A stretch of DNA of 64,000 nucleotides from Mobula birostris (lineage: Eukaryota). The stretch is taken from assembly GCF_030028105.1 (NCBI RefSeq), contig NC_092394.1, forward strand, positions 42,386,477-42,450,476, given 5' to 3'. A program made the position numbers and the translations under genes. This document shows positions 49,985 through 62,520 of this stretch, piece by piece. The number at the start of each line of letters is the position of its first letter. Within the stretch, counting starts at the first letter, position 1. The notes under the pieces are model-generated. The model saw only the letters and a list, made by a program, of their open reading frames with translations. It ran no database searches and was not told the DNA's origin.

Positions 49985-50140
49985 GTAATACAAGAGATTG
50001 TGCAGATGCTGGAGATTCAAAATTATACATGCACAATGCTGGAGGAACCCAGCACATCAGGCAAATTCTATGGAAAGGAATAGAGTCAATTCAAGTCCTA
50101 ATGAAGGGTCTCAGCCCAAAGTGTCGACTCTGTATTCCTC
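49985..50140. mobile_element. Penelope-like terminal repeats in inverted arrangement with a degenerate hammerhead (50093-50130)
   Basis: A reverse copy tgcagatgctggag..tgctggaggaacccagcac..tggaaaggaatagagtcaa is followed by a forward agtcctaatgaagggtctcagcccaaagtgtcgactc. Confidence 0.75.
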
Positions 50141-51074
50141 ACACTGAACTGAAACACTTCTCATCTAAATGTTGTTGGTATTTGCCTTCCATAAAATTGC
50201 TCCACAGGGAAACCTAATCTACAGTGATGAATCAACCAACTAAAAACTGATCTTGCAACTCCTGCAAACTTGCAACCTTAATGTCAATTCTTTCCAAATA
50301 CCTGTGATTTAAGTAGTGCAACACACAATTAATGAGAGGCAAGAACAGAGAAGAGCATTTGATATTTAGGTAACTAAACCAAAGGCAGTTTACTTTCAAT
50401 GTCGTAACTTACCATCTTAATAAAAATGACAGAAAATTTGGGTAGTCTTGAAAGCAATACTGATCTCAGATATACTGTTTATTTTTACATTAGCAAACCT
50501 GCAGTCCGTCCCTGCTCAAATAAGTAAAGGATTTAATTAAACTTTCAAATAAATTATGCTCTCAGTTTTCACTCGGTAGGGGCCTTGTGGATGAGGGCTG
50601 ATATAAAGTTTCTCATTCTATTAACAATTTTTTCATATTCATGCACAATCTTTGTTCACCATTTCAGCACAATGACTCAAATTCTGTGTGATTGCAGAAG
50701 AAACAATGGCTGCTACCAATCTTGAAGTAAGCTGCTCACAAAGGTCTAGCAATCCCTGGCCAACATTTCAATTTCCTTAATGTTAGTTACTATCAAATGT
50801 AATGATTTATAAATTCTTCAGTGCCTAACAATAGTAATGTCATCAAACAAGCAGAATAGGCAGTCATACTGAGCATTTTCATTGTTAACAAATTAGGAAG
50901 TAAAAAGTGCAATTTGTAATTAACTTCTTAAAGTATGTTGCAGAGCAGAAACAAAAGGTGCAGAGTACACAAAGTTAAGTTAGAAGCTGAAATAACCATT
51001 AAAAACAAAAGCATATTACTTCATGTAGATAAGGAATTTTGGAATATTTATCTGGTGAAATAACACCACGCATA

Positions 51075-52673
51075 CAGTGGTATGCAAAAATCTGGGCACC
51101 CCGGTCAAAATTTCTGTTACTGTGAATAGCTAAGCGAGTAAAAGATGACCTGATTTTCAAAAGGCACAAAGTTAAAGATGACACATTTCTTTAATATTTT
51201 AAGCAAGATTAATTTTATTTCCATCTTTTACAGTTTCAAAATAACAAAAAAGGAAAAGGGCCTGATGCAAAAGTTTGGGCACCCTGCATGGTCAGTACTT
51301 AGTAACACCCCCTTTGGCAAGTATCACAGCTTGTAAACGCTTTCTGTAGCCAGCTAAGACCTTCTCAGTTCTTGTTTGAGGCACTTTTGCCCATTCTTCC
51401 TTACAAAAGGCTTCTAGTTCTGTCAAATTCTTGGGCCGCCTTGCATGCACTGCTCTTTTGAGGTCTATCCACAGATTTTCGATGATGTTTAGATCAGGGG
51501 ACTGTGAGGGCCATGGCAAAACCTTCACCTTGTACTTCTTGAGGTAGTTCATTGTAGAATTTGAGGTGTGTTTATGATTATTATCCTGTTGTAGAAGCCA
51601 TCCTCTTTTCATCTTCAGCTTTGTGATGTTTGCTTCCAGAATTTGCTGATATTTAATTGAATTCATTCTTGCCCCTACCAGTGAAATGTTCCCTGTGCCA
51701 CTGGCTGAAACACAAGCCCAAAGCATGATCGATCCACCCCAGTGCATAACAGTTGGAGAGGTGTTCTTTTCATGAAATTCTCCACCCTTTTTTCTCCAAC
51801 CATATCTTTGCTCATTGTGGCCAAAAAGTTCTATTTTAACTTCATCAGTCCACAGGACTTGTTTCCAAAATGCATCAGGCTTGTTTAGATGTTCCTTTTA
51901 AACTTCTGATGCTGAATTTTATGGTGAAGACGCAGGAAAGGTTTTCTTCTGATGACTCTTCCATGAAGGTCATATTTGTGCAGGTGTCGCTGCACAGTAG
52001 AACAGTGTACCACCACTCCAGACTCTGCTAAAGCTTCCTGAAGGTCTTTTGCAGTCAAACAGGGATTTTGATTTGCCTTTCTACCAATCCTATGAGCAGT
52101 TCTCTCTGAAAGTTTTCCAGACCTCAACTTGACCTCAACCATTCCTGTTAACTGCCATTTCTTAATTACATTACGAACTGAGGAAACGGCTACCTGAAAA
52201 CACTTTGTTATCTTCTTATAGCCTTCTCCTGTTTTGTGGGCATCATTTATTTTAATTTTCAGAGTGCTAGGCAGCTGTTTAGAGGAGCCCATGGCCGCTG
52301 ATTGTTGAGACAAGGTTTGAGGAGTCAGGGTATTTATAAAGCTTTGAAATTTGCATCACCTGGCCTTTCCTAACGATGAATGTGAACAAGCCATAGCCCT
52401 AGCAAGCTAATTAAGGTCTGAGACCTTGGTAATAGTTATCTGAGAGCTCAAATCTCTTGGGGTGCCCAAATCTTTGCAAGGGTGCTCCTTTCCTTTTTTG
52501 AACTCTAAAATTGTACAAAACAAAAATAATAAACTAATCTTGCTTAAAATGTTGAAAAGAATGTTTCATCTTTAACTTAATGACTTTTGGAGATCAGTTC
52601 ATCTTCTACTCTCTTAACTATTCACAGTAACAGAAGTTTTGACCAGGGGTGCCCAAACTTTTGCATACCACTG
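51075..52673 (-). mobile_element. Full-length Tc1 transposon (IR/DR type, DD34E), 1599 bp, TA TSD
   Basis: TA|CAGTGGTATGCAAAA...TTTTGCATACCACTG|TA. The ~210-bp TIRs (51075-51284 and 52460-52673) each carry two TGCAAAAGTTTGGGCACCC-like direct repeats. Confidence 0.95.
51292..52292 (-). pseudogene. Tc1 transposase pseudogene
   Basis: ORFs 51885-52313 (paired-like HTH) and 51292-51747 are bridged by VLWTDEVKIELFG in the intervening sequence, so there are two frameshifts. QDNN...SPDLNIIE gives D-34-E spacing. Confidence 0.93.
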
Positions 52674-53232
52674 TACATAAATAAGATTTATTAAGGCATG
52701 TGAGAATGTTACGCAGCTATTTTGTTTGGTGGCTGTTTAAAATGAACTTGTTCTCAATTATCAATGTATAACTTGTTTTGAAATTACTTAAAAGATAATC
52801 AGTGTTTTGTGAAGTGGAATATGATCTGGTTCTGTAATACGCATTCTGCCACTTCAAAAATCATTCAGGGCACTTCCCATGACCGTTTACACATGTAGTG
52901 ATTGCTCATTTTCCATGCAGGTTGCACACTTAATGATATTGTTTTGATTGTCTCCTTCCAACACAAATTTGTCAGACTAGGCTTTCATTATATTGCTTTT
53001 TGTGCAGCTGTATGAGTTAAAAGACCACACGATATTTTGTAAAACTTCTAGTGTCTGCAACTGAGCACTCTGTAGGCTGAGTGCTGATTCTGGCCATTTA
53101 TAATAACCACCGAAACCTGAGAAGCATGACTGCCATTTCCATGCATACATAAAAACCCACCTGCCATGGAACCTTCAGTGTGCTCTGAGGGATGAGCTAT
53201 GTCTAACCACTGGGGACAAGCATCAGAAGCTA

Positions 53233-53726
53233 TACGAGGGGTGATTGATAAGTTTGTGGCTTAGGGTGGAAGGAGTAAATTTTAGAAAACTTAGCACATT
53301 TATTTTTCAACATAGTCCTCCCCCCCTACATGTACATACTTAGTCCAGCAGTCGTGGAGCATACGGATCTTGGACCTCCAGAAAGTGGTCCACAGCAGGG
53401 GTGATTGATAAGCTTGTGGCCTAAGGTAGAAGGAAATGAGTTATACAGCTGTCGTCACATGCACATGCAGTTCAACTCTTGAGTGAAAATGCAGAAAGTT
53501 TTAAGTTAATAACTCATTTCCTTCTAACTTAGGCCATAAACTTATCAATCAGCCCTGCTGTGGACCACTTTCTGGAGGTCCAAGATGCTGGCTTCTACAA
53601 AGAAGGGATCCGTATGATCCATGACCACTGGACTAAGTGTGTAAATGCAGGAAAAATAAATGTGCTAGGTTTTCTAAAATTGACTCCTTCTACCTTAGGC
53701 CATGAACTTATCAATCACCCCTTGTA
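53233..53726. mobile_element. Palindromic mariner-derived MITE (about 494 bp), TA-flanked
   Basis: TA|TACGAGGGGTGATTGATAAG...CTTATCAATCACCCCTTGTA|TA with long inverted arms. The mariner C-terminus FYKEGIRMIHDHWTKCVN is on +, and IRMLHDCWTKYVHVGG.DYVEK* is on -. Confidence 0.88.
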
Positions 53727-54129
53727 TAAACATTCCCGAATAGTTTGTGGGAAGAGGGCTAAGTGGACTCTCATCCTAAGACCTTATTCCCTCCAAATAG
53801 AACAGGAAATTGGAAGGACTTTGTATTAGCATAGAACAAAGAAAATAAATAATATATTATGAACCATCGTATTGGGCCATTTTTGCATAATAATTGAGAT
53901 TTTGCTTTTGATATGGGTAAGGAGTCGGGTGATAAGCACTCACCTTAAACAAGCAAGTGTTGGCTGCAGTGGGACTTAGATCAGGGGCTACTTGAATTTG
54001 GCTTCAGCTATCAATGACTTTAAAGCAATTGAACATCTCTGACCTTAATTTGATTTATCCGTACTGCATTGTTTAGAATGAGGGAAATTCATCACCTATT
54101 TTCTAGTGAATAGCATGTTGAAAATGATC

Positions 54130-55205
54130 ATGAAAAATAAGATTATGGGAGGTTATGGACAAGGTAGTGAAGTGAGGAAGAACATGTCAAATGCAATGCA
54201 ATATGGAAAAACTGAGGTTGTCCACTTTGCTACAACTAGCAAAAAAGAAAGATATTTGTTGAACAGTGAGAAATTGAGCTGTATTAATTTTCAAAGGGAT
54301 CAGTTTGAGTTTGTATAAGTCACTGAAGGCCAACATACAGGTGCAGCAAGTGATTAAGTGGGTAAATAAATTAGTCTTTATTATGAGAAAAATTGAATCC
54401 AGACTCTTATTGTAATTGTGTAGCTTTGATGAGTTCTATCTGGAATAGTATTGGTCTTAGGTAGGACAGGATTTCCTTAAAGTACAGAAATTTATTAGAC
54501 TAGTTTTGGGGGGGATCTGCCTGTCCTGGGACAGAGACCAGAGAAGGTCTCTCTGTTCTGACAGTCTCTCAGCAGTCCTAACAGGAGCCATTGGATTGTG
54601 AGGCACCACCTGCAACTGGAGATATGCACCAGAGCATCAACCCATCCAGAATCCAACCTTTAAAACAAACTTGGCTAAAGACCCAGGAATGAAATTGAGA
54701 TCCAATCTGAAGTCTTTTTAAAAAAAAAACAACATGAGACCTAAGGGTTAAGCAAATGCGAGCTTGGAACTTGGGCATGAATATAAACTATGGGAATAGA
54801 GTATAGCAAAATGAGAAGGGATCACATGAAAAAGTAAAAAGTTCTTAATTGGGCTTGAAAGGTGAGATGAAGGGCTGATTTTTCCCCATCTCTGATTAGT
54901 CTAGGTCTTGGGGGCAGAGGATAAAAATGTGTCTTAGAGGTGAAGTGAGGAGAAATTTCTTCAGCCAGAGGATGGCAAATGTGTGATTTTTTTTATTCCA
55001 GGGGTGCTGTGAAAACTCAATCATTGCATTCATCTAAAACACAGATCTGTAGCTGTCTGGGCTTTAAAGCAATCAAAAGATTTGGGATGGTGTTGGAAAG
55101 TAATGAAGAGATAGAATATAAGGCATGATTTTAATGAATTGTAGGACAGGTAGTTCATAACAGAAATAAACCAGATGTCTATTTCCCTCCTAATTCTATG
55201 TTCTT
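54130..55205 (+). mobile_element. Old CR1 LINE 3' part
   Basis: K.EVVHF-like aaaactgaggttgtccacttt, aggagaaatttcttcagccagagg (RRNFFSQR), and tail cctaattctatgttctt. Confidence 0.65.
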
Positions 55206-58200
55206 AAACGTGCATCTCCCTGTCATTAAAAACTCTGCATATATCTCCCTGGATTATTAACAGAACTCAGATACCATATATTCCTTTATGATGCAGAATT
55301 AGGGGAAAAGAGTTACAAATGCTCTCTAGTAATTTCAGAAGTTCTTCCATATTCTCTTTGCTTTCATGAATTTTAAGTAACTGAGTAAAGGATAGAAGTC
55401 ACAATAAGGAACAACAATGTAGAAGGTATTAATCCATCTTAAATGGCACCGTGCATTTATTCTTTATGCAGTGAACATTGGATTATTGTTTTCTTGAATG
55501 ATTGAAATATGTCTTTAAATGAAGAAAATCACAAATTATAAACAAAGAAAGAAACTCAAAGTGAGTACTAATCTGTGTACTGCTTGTGACAGCAGACGTC
55601 TATACTAGTGATCACAGTGAGCTCTTGCCCCAGTCTAAAATAGCTAGTTATGCGGATGAGGATTTTCTTTACCTAGTAGCAGTAGGAGCTTAGTACATTC
55701 CTGCTCCATGCTGCTAATAATACACTTGGGACAGGACAAACAACAGGTTGTATATTCTTGTGACGAACTAGATAGGGCAACCACCCTTAAAGCCTTCTGA
55801 TTCCTATGACCAAATCTTTCAATACAACTTCTTGAAAAAGCCCTTCTCTACAGCCACCTGCTCTTTGAGATAGTATGTCTTCCCCTAATAGTTAGCCCTC
55901 AGAGCCAAGTAACCAGTGAAAAGCTGACTGTTTCTGGCTAAAATTTCTCTGTTCCTAGTTCAACAGACCAGATGAGTCTGAAACTACGTTAATGTATGAA
56001 CGTTTTGACTGGTTTCTATCACTAAACCCATGGAAACAGAAATTCCTCCATTGGTAATGTGAAGGGTAAGTGCCAACAGTGGGTGATACAGGAATGGAGC
56101 GCACTTAAAGGTTGAAAATCATTCACCAGTAGCTCTGCATGAAACTGGAAGTGGACTCCTCATGCTTCATGATGCATCTTGCAATTAGTCAGACAGGCCA
56201 GATTCTGTATCCAGTATAGCCTCAAGGGTGGACCCATACTGTAATCCACATGCAACATATGAAAGCTTTATTTGTAGACATTGCTTATTGCAAGTGGGCA
56301 AATAAATTGTTTCATTGACAAGATACTGAGATATCAGACAGATTCAAGGCTTCCTCAGCTGTGCCATTACATGAGGTAAATATCTGTTCCTTTATCTTGG
56401 AAAATTTTTATTAAGAAATACATTATTTCAAGTCATGCAGTGATCTCATTCTCCTACATATGACAACACAGAACAAGGAAATTTGGCTGATGGTGTCTAA
56501 ACCAACTTACAGGGGAACAATCTCATTAGTCTCATTTTTCCTCTGTTTATTTCCTTGTAACCTTGCAATTTGTTCTTTCACACATGCAACCACTACCCCT
56601 TTGATTCTATTTTTTGTTAATCTGTAGTCGGACATAATTGACAATGAATACATCTTTGGAGTGAGAAAAAATTGGAGAACCCAGAGTAAATCCATGGGTG
56701 TACAAGATCAGAAATGGACTCCTCATGCTTCAAACCATTTCAGGCAGACCTTATAGTGCCTTAATCAAAATTACATGTCACATACATGTATTTCTATCAG
56801 AATTCATCTAGGCAAGCTGCAATACGTTCTTCATTTGAGCCCTCCAGAACAAGCTCATCTTTCGGAATGCTGGCATGCATACTACACACCTTGTGACCCA
56901 GTTGCAGTTTTATTCATGTAGATCCACATATTCCAGGAAGAGGCATCTGAGCTGGGATGCCACCTGCCAGAGTCATTGATGAGATGTCTTCTTCCTCCTA
57001 AATGAGATGTCTCAGTTGCTGAGTATGGGCAGATGATATTACAGATCTGAATTAAGATAAGCATACAGTATATTCCTAGTGAGGGGAGGGGCTGGATGAA
57101 AGTGACATACTTAAACCATTATTCTCTTAAAAGTTAGAAGAAATTGTGGGAAGAAGCCAATGTCGATTGTAAAATAAGTAGATATAGCATGACATCTTCC
57201 AGTGCTTGAGACAATGATCACCAATATCTCCCCCTTCAGGTAAGGGACTATGAACATGCTAGCCTGCTGCTTCTTGCTGCAATTGTATGCAAGTTCCTCC
57301 TGCAAGGGAGGCAGATCACTGCAATGTGTATGCATTATCATATTATTTTGGCTGTGAACTGTAAGTGTGCAACTGTTGTTGGAGGGTTGTGCTGCTGTTG
57401 ACAGCCTTTGCTAGATATGTGAGATAAATAGTTTTTTTCAACACTGAGACATGAATGGAGGGAGATCAGTTTGTGTATTTATCTTTCTGGCCACCTTCTC
57501 CTACTGCTACTTAATTTTGGGCCCTGAATGTACTCTGGTTGTCCGCCTCCTCCACAGTGAGATGGGGTGCCTGCTTCTGGCTGAGTGCCATGGTTGCTCT
57601 GGTCATTACTTTGCCAGCTGTGGAAAATTTCTAATAGTGATTTAGTTCAGTGCCCATAGATGTAAATGTCTGCGCCCATGTTCAAAGTAGTCTCAACATA
57701 GTAATGAATTTAAATTTCATATTAAGATAGTAGACTAAACAACGTTTGTCATTACAGCAAAAGCAATGGTATTACAATCTTCAAGTTTGTAGTAATCAGA
57801 CAGCACTATGCCAATAAAATCATCTCAAATAAGTAGGGTGAAATAATGCATTTGAAAAGCACAGTGCCAACCTTATTTTTTATTTCTTCATGCTATATAA
57901 TCATTCTAGTGCGCTCCTTTGATAAGCATCAATGACAGAAGTATTGCTGAAGTACAAAGCCATAGTTTTCAGAAGGGAACAGTAAATGTGAGAATTAATC
58001 AAAGCATTTTATTAACAGTAACTTGAACCCAAATGAAAATGTTGACAGATTGTCAAATAAGTCCTTTGATCGATTATATGACAAAAAATAATTGAGCAAT
58101 CAACTGAAAAGATAATTACTTTTTCCTTGCTTAAAAGTTTAAAAGGAACTGTTTCTGAGTGATCAAAACCATCTGTATATGCACTGTTATTATAGAAATT

Positions 58201-58559
58201 AAGCAGCAACTTCAATATTCGAACCATTTTACAAAGAACATTTTCATCTTGAATTCCACAGTAGGCAAATGTCCATACTTGTTGACATTGAAGAGCATAT
58301 GAGTGAATATGGTGCTCTCCTTCCTATACTGACCCCTTAAAAAAGGTTGGAAATGGACTGTTCCATGTTTGGAGTTATTGAGTGTGTTTTGTCTGACAGG
58401 CTGGAGAAAGTGCCAAGCACTTCCCCTGAATATTTCCCTATCGTACTCTTGACCCATCCATCACAGAGTATTATCGTGTGGATTTTTCCTCACTATCTTG
58501 TATCTCAACTGACTGTACCCATTAATGTCCGGTTCATTCTTCATGTAGTGCATCAATGA

Positions 58560-58897
58560 GGCGTTGATCGTGTGGATAGTCAGAGGCTTTTTCCCAGGGC
58601 TGAAATGGCTGCCACAAGAGGACACAGGTTTAAGGTGCTTGGGAGTAGGTACAGAGGAGATGTCAGGGGTAAGTTTTTTATGCAGAGAGTGGTGAGTGCA
58701 TGGAATGGGCTGCCGGCAACAGTGGTGGAGGCGAATATGATAGGGTCTTTTAAGAGACTTTTGGATAGGTACATAGAGCTTAGAAAAATAGAGGGCTGTG
58801 GGTAACCCTAGTAATTTCTAAGGTAGGGACATGTTCGGCACAACTTTGAGGGCCGAAGGGCCTGTGTTGTGCTGTAGGTTTTTTATGCTTCTATGTC
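58560..58897 (+). mobile_element. CR1 LINE 3' end, young
   Basis: DSQRLFPRAEMAATRGHRFKVLG.RYRGDVRGKFF.QRVVSAWNGLP, then gggccgaagggcctgtgttgtgctgtagg and the tail. Confidence 0.9.
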
Positions 58898-58979
58898 TCT
58901 ATCCAGCTAACTTGCCATGTTTCCCTATTTCAGTGCCAGCTAAGCAGGATTAGCCTCAATAGCACCGCATGTTAAAGAG

Positions 58980-59705
58980 TCCTAGAGCAATACAGCACAG
59001 ATTCAGGCCGTTCAGCCCACTGAGTCCATGCCTACCCAATTAGTCCTAATTTCCTGTGCTCAGCCCATAGCACTCTAAACGCTGCCTCTCTATGTATCTA
59101 TCCGAGTGCTTCTTGAATTATACAGTTGTACCTGCTTAAACCACTTACTCTGGTAGCTTATTCCATATATTCACCGCTCACTGTGTGGAAAAATATTGCC
59201 CCTCAGATCCCTTTTATTCCCCTCTTACCATAAACCTATGTCCCCTAGTTTTGGACTCCCCAACTCACAGGAATAAGACGCTTATCAAGCTTATCTATAT
59301 GCCTCATAATTTTAAACATTTCCATAAGGTTGCCCCTCATTCTATGTTCCAGGGAATTCAAAGAAGATCTGGCTTGGTCATTATCTCCCTATAACTCAAG
59401 CTCTCTAGTCCTGACAATATCCTTGTAAATCCGTTTTTTGTGCACTCTTCACTATCTAATAACATTTATAACAGGGTGGTCAAAAGTGTACACAGTACTC
59501 CAATGACTTGTATTGGTGAGGCTGCACTTGGACCATAATGTCCCAACTCCCATACTTAGTACCCTGACTGGTGAAGTCCAGCATGCTGAATGCCTTTTCA
59601 CTGACCTGTTTACTTGCAACACTGCCTTCAATAAACTATGCACTTGAATTCCTAGTTCCTTCTGTTCCACTACACTCCCTAGTGCCCTACTGTTAATAAC
59701 ATTTG
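58980..59705 (-). mobile_element. CR1 LINE 3' part
   Basis: RALGSVVEQKELGIQVHS.LK in ORF 59452-59772. The tail region is at about 58985-59030. Confidence 0.8.
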
Positions 59706-60519
59706 TCCATTGTTTGAAGCAGCAAGTGAGAGAGCAACAGTTTGCAGGGTGGGGACCATTTGAAAATTGCAAGTTCAGCAGGAGTTAGTCTTACTTGAGC
59801 CAATAAAAAGAAAGGTGGTGTAAGCCAAACAGTAAATGGTGGAGCAGGGCAGTGTTAGAGTGCTCCAGCTTTGTTTCAACAGGCTTCATGAAAACAGGTT
59901 TGGACAAGCACATGTGGAGGTTCTAAGTACATCTCTAGTGTTTTTTTTCTGTTATGTATAGAGCTTGTGTGCTGGGAATAGCTCCAGGGTTAGTGGTATG
60001 TTTCTTCTGCGAGATTTAGGAACTTTGGGAGACCTCCAGTCTCCCTGATAACTACATCTGCACAACGTGCACTAAGCTACGGCTTGATGACCTTCTGGAG
60101 AATGAGGAGGTGATAGATAGGAACTACAGGGAGGTACTTAACCATAGTTTGCAGGAGGCAGGTACCTGGGTGACTTTCAAGAGAGGGTAAAGGACAACAG
60201 TGCAGAGTACCTCTGTGGCCGTTTCCCCTCAATAATAATTCTGTTGGAGAGGGGTGGCACGACCTGCCAGAGTGAAGTCACAGCAAGCAGGTCTTTGGCA
60301 CTGACTCTGGCTCTGTGGCTCAGAGGGAAATGGGGAGAAGCGGAGTGCAATAGTGATTGGGGATTCCATAGTTAAGGAAGGAGATGGAGATTCTGTGCAC
60401 ACGTTAAAGACATCCGGGCTGGTATTTTGTCTCCCAAGTGCCAGGGTCAGGAATGTCTCAGAATGGGACCATGGCATCCTAAAGGAGGAGGGTGAACAGC
60501 CAGAACTTGTGATACATGT

Positions 60520-60900
60520 CGTGGACTATACAAGAGCCTCAGTACTTGCACTACCAGGTTCAGTTACAGTTACAACTCCACAACTATCAGGCTCTTGCAT
60601 ATAAGGGGATGACTATACTCGATCATCATAGAAATGTTCCTACAACTATACAACCAATGATTTCTCTTTAAGGACTCTTTCTTGCATAATCTCATGTTCT
60701 TGTTATTCATTGCCATTCATTTATATTTGCATGTGCAGAGTTTCTTGTCTTCTGCACTCTGGTTGATCTTTCATTGATCTTGTTATAGTTACTGTTCTAT
60801 AGATTTGCTGTGTGTGCCCACAAGAAAATGAATCTCAGGGTTGTACATGGTAACATATATATTGTTTGATAATAAATTTACTTTGATCTTTTGAACTTTG
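60520..60900 (+). mobile_element. Rex1-type 3' end nested in CR1 ORF1
   Basis: Homologous to 13078-13385 and 45595-45941; ends aataaatttactttgatcttttgaactttga. Confidence 0.85.
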
Positions 60901-61465
60901 AATGTACTGATACCAATGACATACAGTAGGTAGGAAATTGGAGACCGTGAAGGGAAGTTGTGTAGTCGCCAGGATGTGGGATACAACTTAAAATGGAGAA
61001 AAGAAAAGGCATGGAAAAAAGGGCAATGTTCTAATAGTCATGGGGGATTTCAATATGCAGATAGATTGGGATAATCAGGTTGGTGCTAGATCCCAAGAGA
61101 GGGAATTTGTAAAATGCCTATGAGATGGCTTTTCAAGCAGCTTGTTCTTGAGCCCACAAGGGGAAAGTCAGTTGTGGATTATGTGTTGTGCAATGAATCA
61201 AACTTTATCAGGGAGCTTAAGGTAAAGGAACCCTGAGGAAACAATAATATATAGAATTCACCGTGCAGTTTGAGAGGGAGAAGGTAAAGTAGATGTATCA
61301 GTATTATGGTGAAGGGAATTCCAGAGGTATGAGAGAGAATCTGGCCAAAGTTGATTGGAAAGGAACACTGGCAGGGATAACTGCAGAACAACAATATCTG
61401 AAGGTTCTGAGGATAATTCAGAAGGCACAGGATAAATGCATCACAAAGATGAAGAAGCATTTTAA

Positions 61466-62105
61466 ATGACAACCCAACTTCTCCAGGAGCATAGAATTTT
61501 GGTCGGGCATAAACAAACAGCAGCAGTGAGCAGCATCTGTAGCCCCAAAGAACAAACCAAGCTATTGGGCAAGTCCAGTGTGGTCTACAAAATTCAATGC
61601 TGGGATTTCAGCAACTATTATGTTGGCCAAACTGGGAGAAAACTATCTTCAAGGATCTATGAATATCAACTTGCTGTGAAGAGGCATGACCAACTCTCCC
61701 TAGTATCTGATGGTGAAGATCAAGAGGGCCACAAATTCAACTAGGCATCAGTGAAAGTAATGGCGCAAACAAACATGTGGCATGCAAGAGAATTCCTAAA
61801 AGTATGGTTTTCCAAAACAATCTGTGAACAGAAATGTAGATCTTGGTCCTGTTTATAAGCCAATGCAGGCAAAATTCCAGACCACAATGCACAGAGTTTG
61901 CCATGCAACCAATCAGCGATGAGACCCCTTCCCTACATCGCAATTGAGTTTCTGGAACGGCAACCAATAAGCTAATTGATAAGTATATAAATGTCAACCA
62001 TTCAGAGGACACACTACAAATGAACAGTGCACTGATTATTTCTCCTTGTATGGTGTTGAAACGTTTACAAATGGATTGGAGAACAACTCGACCCAAGAAT
62101 TCTAA
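61466..62105 (+). mobile_element. Penelope-like element 3' end (GIY-YIG + terminal repeat) nested in CR1
   Basis: KSSVVYKIQCWDFSNYYVGQTGRKLSSRIYEYQLAVKR is a GIY-YIG endonuclease motif. A hammerhead-like tgca-CTGATtA...GAAACGTT-taca lies at 62028-62069. Confidence 0.85.
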
Positions 62106-62520
62106 AAGGAGGATGAGGCAACCGTGGTTGACAAGGGAAGTTAAAGGCAGCATGAAAAATCGGACCACTGAACAATAACACTGGAGAAACAACGAAATGG
62201 CAGAGGAACTTTGCATCATACTTCACTATGGGAAACACTAACAGTATGCCAAAAATTCAAGTGTCGGCCAGAAGTGAATGTTGTTGCTATTACTAAGGAG
62301 AAAGTGCTTGGATAGATAAAAGCTCTGAAGGTAAATCAATCACCTGAATCAACTAGGGTTCGGAAAGAGCTGAAGAGATTGTGGAGGCATTAGTAATGAT
62401 ATGAAAAGAATCACTAGATTCTGAAATGGTTTTGGAGGACTAGAAAAGTGCAAATATCACTCCACTCTTCAAGAAGGGAGCGATGCAGAAAAAAGGAGGT
62501 TATAGGTCAGCTAGCCTGAC

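Noticed and set aside
53090-53815. Possible ancient SINE flanking the mariner MITE
   Set aside because: Only a vague similarity; no boxes, tail or TSD could be established.
56450-56720. Possible V-SINE/HE1-like remnant on the minus strand
   Set aside because: One short motif (ggagaacccagagtaaatcca) is suggestive, but boundaries and promoter boxes are not recognisable.
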